From Dudresnaya verticillata (taxonomy: Eukaryota): DNA of 64,000 nucleotides. Below the pieces are notes generated by a model. That model saw nothing but the letters and a program-made list of their open reading frames with translations. It was not told where the DNA came from and searched no databases. This document shows positions 56,319 to 64,000 of this stretch, one piece after another. The translations under genes were made by a program, and so were the position numbers. Position 1 is the stretch's first letter. Each line of letters begins with the position of its first letter. The stretch spans positions 1,054,001 through 1,118,000 of the forward strand of contig OZ374564.1 of NCBI GenBank assembly GCA_977862235.1, given 5' to 3'.

Positions 56319-58786
56319 ATGCAGAACGAAGAACACGCAGACCCTCCCGTTACGGAACCTAAAGTGGGTCACACTACCCCCACTGCGCGCAGTCTGCGCA
56401 GTGAAGGAAGTGAAATCCGTTCCGGAGTGTAGAACCCAGAAGACATCCTTAAGGGTGCTGCTGGTAAAGCTCCCCGTTCCCGTGTCGGATCAGACGCCTC
56501 GAAGAAGGCAGCTCCGCAACCCAAGCCGGAATCCCATCGGGTCCACTGGGTCCTGTCGGAGGTCCTTCCTAGGGTGTTAGAGCATCTCCGATTGGAAGTA
56601 CAACCTGGAATGGTCAAAGAGGTGGAGATATCCCTCTCGGAAACTGTTCCGTCTTTGGTTAATTCCTATCTGGAGCAGCACTTTCCTCGGATAGTGCAAG
56701 CTTTGGTCCTAGAGGAAAAGGTGGCCGCCGAGCTCGAGAGCCAGATTTCTCCCGGCATGGCAAGGCCTTCCGCTACGGAAACTTTCACTGAGCAACCACC
56801 GTTACGGAATGACTTCTCGGTGGAGGGAAGAACGCAGCAGCCGCAACAACCCCCCGTTATGGGATTTCAGCCGGGTACAGTACCCTATGGGCAACTGCCA
56901 TCGGCTCCCGTAACGGATTCTCAACGTCAATACGCCCCTACGGGACCAACACACACTCAGCCACCGTCACAGTATTCTCCTGGACACGTAGATGTGCCTA
57001 CGCCAGGGCGCTATCAGCAAGAGCGCTATACCGTTCCGGTGCGATCAGGTGGAGGCAGCGACCATCTCAGCGATGCGTCCAGCTCACCCCATCCGAGTCG
57101 GAGGACCGGTCGAGGTCGGCATAAACAAGATGCCCGACACTCCCGCTCTGAGCAGCCCCGTCGGTCGCACATGGGCCACCACACCCAGCGACGACGCCAC
57201 CAATCCGGTATGGAATCCAATGAGAGCAGCTCAGAGGATAGCCAACACCGCCGCCGCAAGAGGAGAAACAGAAGATCGCGGAAACGCAAAAAAAGGCATG
57301 ACTCCTCTACCTCTACGGATTCAGACTCAGACTTTCTTCCGTAACGGATAGAGAGAACGGGCACCGGGCCAGAAAACACGGTGCCAAATCCGGAAAGGTG
57401 AAGGTAATCCGGCCGCTACATGACAAGTTTGTCAAGGCGCTGGACTACCGCACCTACCGATTGGATAAGAGGAGTAAGACGTACAGCTCTAAGTTCCCAC
57501 AGAACATGAGCCGCATACGGAAGAAACTCGACGTCCAGATGTCGTCCCATACATTCGATGGGACGGACCCTATTACCGTCTTGGGATTCCTCGCCAAGTT
57601 CCGTGACGGTTGTAACATCAACGGCATCGCCGAAGGGGTTGCCGTCTGGTGCTTTCAGTTTTTCCTTAAAGGGCAGGCCGAAGCCCTTCTACAGGCTAGG
57701 CTTGCTGGAGGTACCATGGCGGTTGACGTGGAGCAGGTCGAGATGCTCCGCACATATTCCGAGGTGGTGAACTTTTTATTGAGAACCTACGCTACGAATG
57801 AAGTGATTGCTGAAGCCTATACGGATGTCAGCAACTTCAGGCAAACATCCGCCCTGACGGAAGAGCAGTTCTCGAACCAACTCTGGGCCAAGGCTCTCCG
57901 TTGCGGGACAGTATTTTCCGATCAGGCATTGAAGTCGCTGTTCGTGGAGGGACTCCTACCGGGCACTCGTCAACAGATGAGAAATTATCTGGCGACGCAT
58001 TCCGAACTGGATTACCAGGCCATCACTCGCTACGCGACTGGCCTGGGTCAGTCCTATCGGGCAGCTCGACGCCAAACCGTTCCGGCTCACGTCTTTGATG
58101 GGCGCACTAAAACGCACCCGTCTAAGGTGTTGTCGCTGGATTCCGTATCGGATGTACACTATGAGTCGCAAGGGAATTTTTCCGCTACGGATAATCAAGT
58201 GCTAGCAGTCGAGGGAGGTCACGGTGCCGCTACGGGAACAAGTACGGGGGTTACCTTTTCAACCCCGTACTCTTCACCCCCGCAAAGCGGCCATCCAACG
58301 ACGCCCAGGATTCCACGCGCGCAAGGTCCCCCTATGGTGTATCTCGCCCGGCAACAGCAGCCGAGTCACCGTTACGAAAATAATCCCCACGATGGGCGAG
58401 GACAGCAGCAACCAGCACCTCCGCTACGGGATGAGTCGGATCCTCGGGTCCGACGCCTCTACGGAAGTGGCAATTGCCGCATCTGCCTTTCCGCCGAACA
58501 TGTCGTTTGCCCGTGGATAAACGACGCCGATCGGGTTAAGCTCATGGAAGAGCGTGAGCGCAACTTCCAGAGGCACTACCCTGTAGGCCGCAGGTTCGTC
58601 GTCGGAACCAGTTCGAATCCGCAAGGGAATCGGGGCAAGCCGCAAACGCCCCCTCCGCAACGGAATGCCCCGATATTATCGGCGGAGGATCATGACGGAG
58701 TGGAATACGCGGAATTGCGAGAGCCCATGGAGGCGGATCCGACTGGTGCACCCTTGATTTCGGAAAACGCAAGGTGGGAGGCGTAA
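56319..58786 (+). pseudogene. gag: Gypsy-B gag, with a stop near 56430 and a frameshift near 57345-57398
   Basis: Same layout as Gypsy-A gag: basic/Ser tract, LDYRTYRL, FDGTDPITVLGFL, and a degenerate knuckle CRIC...HVVC. Confidence 0.82.
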
Positions 58787-58875
58787 GGGCGCCGCCGTCC
58801 CCGCCTCACGGCGTTCCACCTGTCGTGAGTGTGGACTCGCCCGGGGATTGGTGAGATACCGTTACGGAACTTCCA

Positions 58876-61800
58876 TTGGCTCTTCAGACCAATGATCCTA
58901 TATGTGTTATGCAACAACAAAATTATAAGATTCAAATTACCGTGGGACGGACAGATAGCGTGATGCTTCCTATAATCTCCGTATTGGACTCTGGCGCGGG
59001 GTCAAATCTCATTAGTGCCAGGCGATTTCCCCGTCAATGGCTACCCCTCATTCGCCCCGCCACCAGTCCTCCGCTACGGGATGCATCTAATCGCGCTATC
59101 CGCCCCCTTGGTCAGATCCAACTTTTCGTCCGCATCAGAGAGCTCCGTGCTCGCGTCCATTTCCTCGTGGTCGCGAACTTAGCTGCTCCGTGTAACTTGG
59201 GGACTACCTTCATCGACCGCTACGTGAAGGCAATCCTCCCTCCGTTACGGAAAGTTGTTTTTCATCATTACCCACCGGTATCCCTTGTTGGTCAAGCCAA
59301 AATTCCGAAAACGGGTACCGCCGCAACCCTACTGCCCTCATCTTTATCCACCGCTACGGTTTCTCAGAAAATTCGTTTAGCCAGATCTACCCTTATTCCC
59401 CCCATGACTCAAACCTCCATAACGGTTAATACCCCACGGGTCGGTTATGCTTTCTACAAAATCATCCTAAGCCGGCTTTTAAGCACCTTACGTTAATGGC
59501 TAATGGTATTATGGATGTTGTACCTAACAAACCGTTTCGGATCTGGGTCTCTAATTTTTCTAACAAGCCGGTACGGTTGCCCAAATCTACTGTCGTAGGC
59601 CTCGCTACTACTGCCCCTTCTGCTATTTTTACCGTTGACGGTATACCTCCATATAAGGAGGGGGGAATTATTCAATCATTTAATTCTAACCTTACCTCCG
59701 AAAAGGCCAGCAGCATCTCCCGTCACGAAAATGAAGTAAGCAAACCCGTAACGGAAACTACAAATACTACCGACTGGAAGGATCAGGTCCAGATCGGCAC
59801 AGAAGAAGCATCGCTCCGTAAACGGATTTTGACCCTACTCGAGGAATATAAGTCGATGTGGAGTGGCGATCTTGGCAACATTACAGCTGCCAAGCACCGC
59901 ATCGAGTTAACTCCCGAAGCTAAGCCAGTATATCAAGCCCCATACTGTGCCGGACATAAGCAGCGATATCTCGAAAAGACAGAGATCGATCGCATGCTTT
60001 CCGCTAAGGTAATTGAACCAGCCTCATCGGAGTGGGCCCGCCCCGTGGTTTTCGTTCCAAAAAAGGAAGGCACCATGCGGTTCTGTGTTGACTATAGAAG
60101 GCTCAATTCCGTAACGGTTAGGGACTTATATCCCTTGCCCAGGATGGATGAGTGCATAGATTCCCTTGGGGAAGCTACTGTATTTACCACCCTGGATTGC
60201 AGTAGCGGATATTGGCAAGTCGAGATTCCGGAAGAGGAAAGGGACAAAACTACCTTCACTAGCCATTTTGGCTTACACCTTTTTCGGAGAAGGCCATTCG
60301 GATTGAAAAATGCACTGGCAACCTTCCAACGGGCAGTGGATATAATCCTTTCTACGGTTAAATGGCAATTTGCCCTCGTCTACCTAGACGATGTAATTGT
60401 CTACTCAAAAACCGTTACGGAACATTTCCACCACATGAAGGAAGTCCTTACACTTTTACGATCCGCTGGGGTAACGTTGAAATTGTCAAAGTGTGACTTC
60501 TTCAACGCGTCCCTACAATACCTGGGGCATGTTATCTGTCCCGGAAAATTGGAAGTGGATAATCGGAATATCCAATCCGTTAAGGTCGCGAAGCCGCCGA
60601 CTAACCAAACGGAATTGCGATCCTTCTTGGGAATGTGCAACGTGTATCGTCGCTTTGTACCCAACTTCGCTCGGATTTCAGCACCGCTGAATAAGAAAAC
60701 CGGCAAGGGCTCACCCCTTGAGTTTGGAATATTATCCGATACGGAATACGAAGCCTTCGAGGAACTGAAGAGACGTCTTATCTCTCCACCTATATTGGCT
60801 CTACCCCGTCACGGATATAAATATATGTTGGACACTGACGCATGTGACCATCAAGTCGGCTGTGTCCTTCTGCAGGAACAACCGAATGGCGATCACCTCC
60901 CTATTGGATATTGGAGCCGAAGCCTCACCGATGCGGAGAAATTTTATACTACAACCGAAAAGGAATGCTTAGCCGTGGTCTGGAGCATGTTGACACTCCG
61001 ACCCTACCTTTACGGTGACAAGTTTATTCTCCGAACGGATCACGATGCCCTGCGGTGGATCCTGAACCTCGCAGACTCATCTGGCCGCCTAGCCAGGTGG
61101 AGGCTCCGCCTATCGGAATTTGAATTTGAGGTGCAATACCGTCCAGGAATTAAGCATCAACTCGCCGATGGGATGTCGGGACTCCGAACGGATGGCGGTG
61201 ACAATAGACCTTTGCATGAAGAGATGCCCTGCTTTGTCGCCGAAAATACCGTCGACGGATTATATGAGCATGGAGTTTATTTAACTGATTGGGCTACATC
61301 ACAAGAAACCGCTACGGAAAATAACGTAATATGCGCCGTGAAGCCGGCCAGTGGGAGTTCATCCGCCTCCCCTGACAAGCCCGACGCAATACCATCACGG
61401 TTTACTGTAATCCAAGAATCCGATGCTAAGGATGAGACAATTACCAGGGAGGAGTTCCTTGAAGCGCAAGCCAGAGACCCTTTCTGCCGTCTGAAAGCCG
61501 ATACGGTAGGCTCCCCTGCATCAAAGTTTGACTATGACCGTAACGGATTCTTGGTACGCAAGTCCCAATTGGATGGTGCTCTGCAGAAGGTGGTGCCAAG
61601 CGAACTCCGTGGACGGGTATTGTATTTATCCCACTACACCCTGATGTCGGGTCACCCAGGCGGAATTAAGATGTATTATACAATCCGACAGGATTATTAT
61701 AGGCCTCATATGGCCAACGATGTATTTGAATCCGTTCGCACATGTCGCTCCTGCGTGAAGACAAAGGGAACTCGCTTTCGGAATCAAAGGTTTATGAAAC

Positions 61801-63017
61801 TTTTCCCCGCTAGAGGACCTTTGGAGTTTGTCGCTATCGACATTCTCGGACCACTTCCGAAGACAAAACGGGGTTATGTGTACGTCTTGGTAATTACCGA
61901 CCGGTTCTCGAAGCTGACGCGCTGTATCCCGTTACGGACAACAACAGCCGTTGTGGTGGCTAATGCCTTTCTGGACTTTTGGGTGTATGCGTATGGCGCA
62001 CTCCAATTTGTCCTAACCGATAACGGACCGCAGTTTACTGCTGAGTTCTTTGACGCAGTGTGTTCCTTACTCGGAATCAGGCATTTACTTACCGCTGCCT
62101 ACCATCCTACCACCTACCGCGACTACCAGTACCTGCAACCGTTGACGTATACATACAACATGCGGGTACACCGTATTACGGAAACACCGCCATTTGATTT
62201 GGTGCTGACACGCCACCCATCGGACATTGTTGTACGAGGGGCTCTTGTCGAGCATCAAGAAACCGTTAGGGAAGGGCGTATGACCCCGGTGCTACAGAAG
62301 TGGAGCACCATGCGCCGTTTACGGTATGCGCTCCAGACAGCGCGCACTAAGCAAACAGTGGCTCAGCAAAAAGCCAAGGCACTGTTTTACCGTAAGGTGC
62401 GCTTTAGGCCTATAATCCGTAACGGAGATCAAGTCTATGTCGACAGGCCGCCCCATAACCTGCGGCCGACCGAACGCCGTGAGCGGGACCGATTGGAAGG
62501 CAAACCGGATGATGTGGGCGAGGTGGCTCAAGAAGTGAAGAGACTCCTTCCGAGAGCCACGGGGCCTTATGAAGTGGAATCCGCAACGGAACATGTCGTT
62601 ACAATCCGCAAGGAAGGGTTATTGATCCCAGTAAGTATAGATCGCATCACGAAGGTTCCGATCGGAGTTGCAGTTCAGCCGGCACCCTTGACAGTGCCGC
62701 CTGTCACGCCATCAACCGTTTACGGAGAAGTAGTGCCACATCCAGAAGGCACTACAGTAGCGCCTACACCGTCAGCGGGCATTACACCCTCCATAGCGGA
62801 ACCCCGACAAGCCGATACGGAATATGTGATCGACAAGATTGTCGGTCACCGCGACGAACCTACTGGGATGACATACAAAGTGCGCTGGTATGGTTACCCT
62901 CCGGATCAGGACAGTTTTTGAGCCCGCGGAGGAGTTGCCGCGGAATTTCATCTACCGGTATTGGAAGCAAAAGAAAAAGGCATCCGCTAATGGTAAGCCA
63001 TGGAGACGTGCTAACCC
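58876..63017 (+). pseudogene. pol: Gypsy-B pol (PR-RT-RH-INT-chromodomain) with frameshifts and a deletion in the integrase core
   Basis: LDSGAG, RFCVDYRRLN, YLDD, DTDAC, GHPG..CRSC, TDNGPQF and EYVIDKIVGH..YKVRWYGY. The NGQVERFNRT segment seen in Gypsy-A is absent after YHP. Confidence 0.92.
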
Positions 63018-63511
63018 AACACGTCACTCACCGTAACGGACAATTGGAATGCTAGTGTGTGGGAACGTACAATGTTTATCGCAAGCTAAGGTCGAGGCAT
63101 ATTTCAAAACCGTTAAGGAGATCGTCGAACTGTAACTCTAAGAGTCACGGCGACGCCGCTTCGGAGCAGGGGCAACGGTATCTTCCTCGTTGCCCCCTGA
63201 CCCGTTCGAAAGCCGGGTTCCCCACTCTGATCCGATTAGAATGCACGCTGCGTATTGTCTTCCAAGACGCGAATCACACTATCCATACGCCGACGCTGAC
63301 GACGGACTACTGCGCGGAGATGAATCACCTTCTCCATTAGTCCCTCCGCTAAGGTTGGCGCCTCCTGAACGGATCCTGGCAATGGGAAGCGCTGTGTACG
63401 GCAAATGCCCCGTAGCACCTGTAGCCTGCTTTCCGTAGCGGCTAAGTGAGCCGGAACTGTAACGGTGGGATCCTCATCTTCCTGAAACTCTACCTTCGGG
63501 GATATAAACGG

Positions 63512-64000
63512 CTAATCCCTAACCCCGGCTTCGATTGAGCGCTCCGTTGAGGAAACCACCAATACGGATGGTCCCGACTCGGGTGAAGGTACTTCCTTCC
63601 GCGGAGGTGGGTTTGTGTCCTTCTCTGGAGAGGCTATATCGCTTTTCCGTAACAGTTCAGGACTTGACGCGGGAGCCGAAGGCTTGTCACCAATTACCCC
63701 GGCACTTGGGCGTTTTGGAGCCACTTCCGGTACGGTGATAGGTGCCTCACTCACCACTGGTGTGGGAGTGGGTGCCAACAGCGGAGCACTTGTCGGGGGC
63801 AGTTCGGCGGCTGCAGGCATTTGCGTCGCAGGAGACAGTGCTGCCGGCACAGTAACCGGCGGTGCTTCCGAAACGGTCTGCCCCTTCGAAGCCCCTTTCT
63901 TGGATGGTGCCGCAGGCTTAGGCACCGCAACAATAGGCTCAACCACGTCTATGGGTTTTGGGGTCTTAACCAACACGGGAGTAGTAGTCTCACGATCCAC
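63512..64000 (-). CDS. C-terminal Pro/Ala/Ser-rich part of the Gypsy-B antisense accessory ORF (5' end outside the window)
   Basis: Open to the window edge, with the same position, orientation and composition as the tail of the Gypsy-A antisense ORF. Confidence 0.65.
   Translation of the reverse strand: MDRETTTPVLVKTPKPIDVVEPIVAVPKPAAPSKKGASKGQTVSEAPPVTVPAALSPATQMPAAAELPPTSAPLLAPTPTPVVSEAPITVPEVAPKRPSAGVIGDKPSAPASSPELLRKSDIASPEKDTNPPPRKEVPSPESGPSVLVVSSTERSIEAGVRD

Larger units (their letters stand above)
55583..64000 (+). mobile_element. Second chromodomain Gypsy element (Gypsy-B); 3' part outside the window
   Basis: 588-bp 5' LTR (TGTGGTG...CACCACA), PBS identical to Gypsy-A, and gag and pol homologous to Gypsy-A. 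Confidence 0.92.

Noticed and set aside
443..56432. Many single in-frame TAG/TAA stops (443, 9871, 16234, 32195, 42053, 44142, ~56430) suggesting stop-codon reassignment or readthrough
   Set aside because: The same ORFs also have frameshifts and insertions, and the two host paralogues end at the same residue with TAG and TAA. Ordinary decay explains them.

Overview
A eukaryotic, largely intronless, transposon-dominated window. A florideophyte red alga is the likely source, inferred from gene and TE style and not proven. Host-like genes cluster at about 17.7-27.3 kb: a casein kinase 1, a small cationic Cys-rich secreted protein, and two tandem type-II-membrane polysaccharide pyruvyltransferase-like paralogues. 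Almost everything else is nested mobile DNA. (i) A 13.2-kb chromodomain Gypsy element (2947-16173, TSD CATGG) and a solo LTR (1224-1996) sit inside a decayed gene beside a PIF1-like helicase pseudogene. (ii) A 7.4-kb Copia element (29067-36473, TSD GTAAT). (iii) A 16.6-kb TIR-bounded DNA transposon (37662-54310) carries a KDZ-type transposase and a divergently oriented UPF1/SEN1-like SF1 helicase. It is flanked by a ~165-169-bp direct duplication, whereas its 176-bp miniature derivative (24684-24859) has an 8-bp TSD. (iv) A second chromo-Gypsy (55583 to beyond the window end) is inserted in an older chromovirus remnant. All three coding LTR elements carry an extra antisense ORF downstream of pol, and the Copia one looks like a papain-fold peptidase. 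Each Gypsy family is studded with its own spaced-palindrome motif (CGCC-N3-GGCG versus CCG-N3-CGG). All family assignments come from reading motifs by eye; no searches were run.
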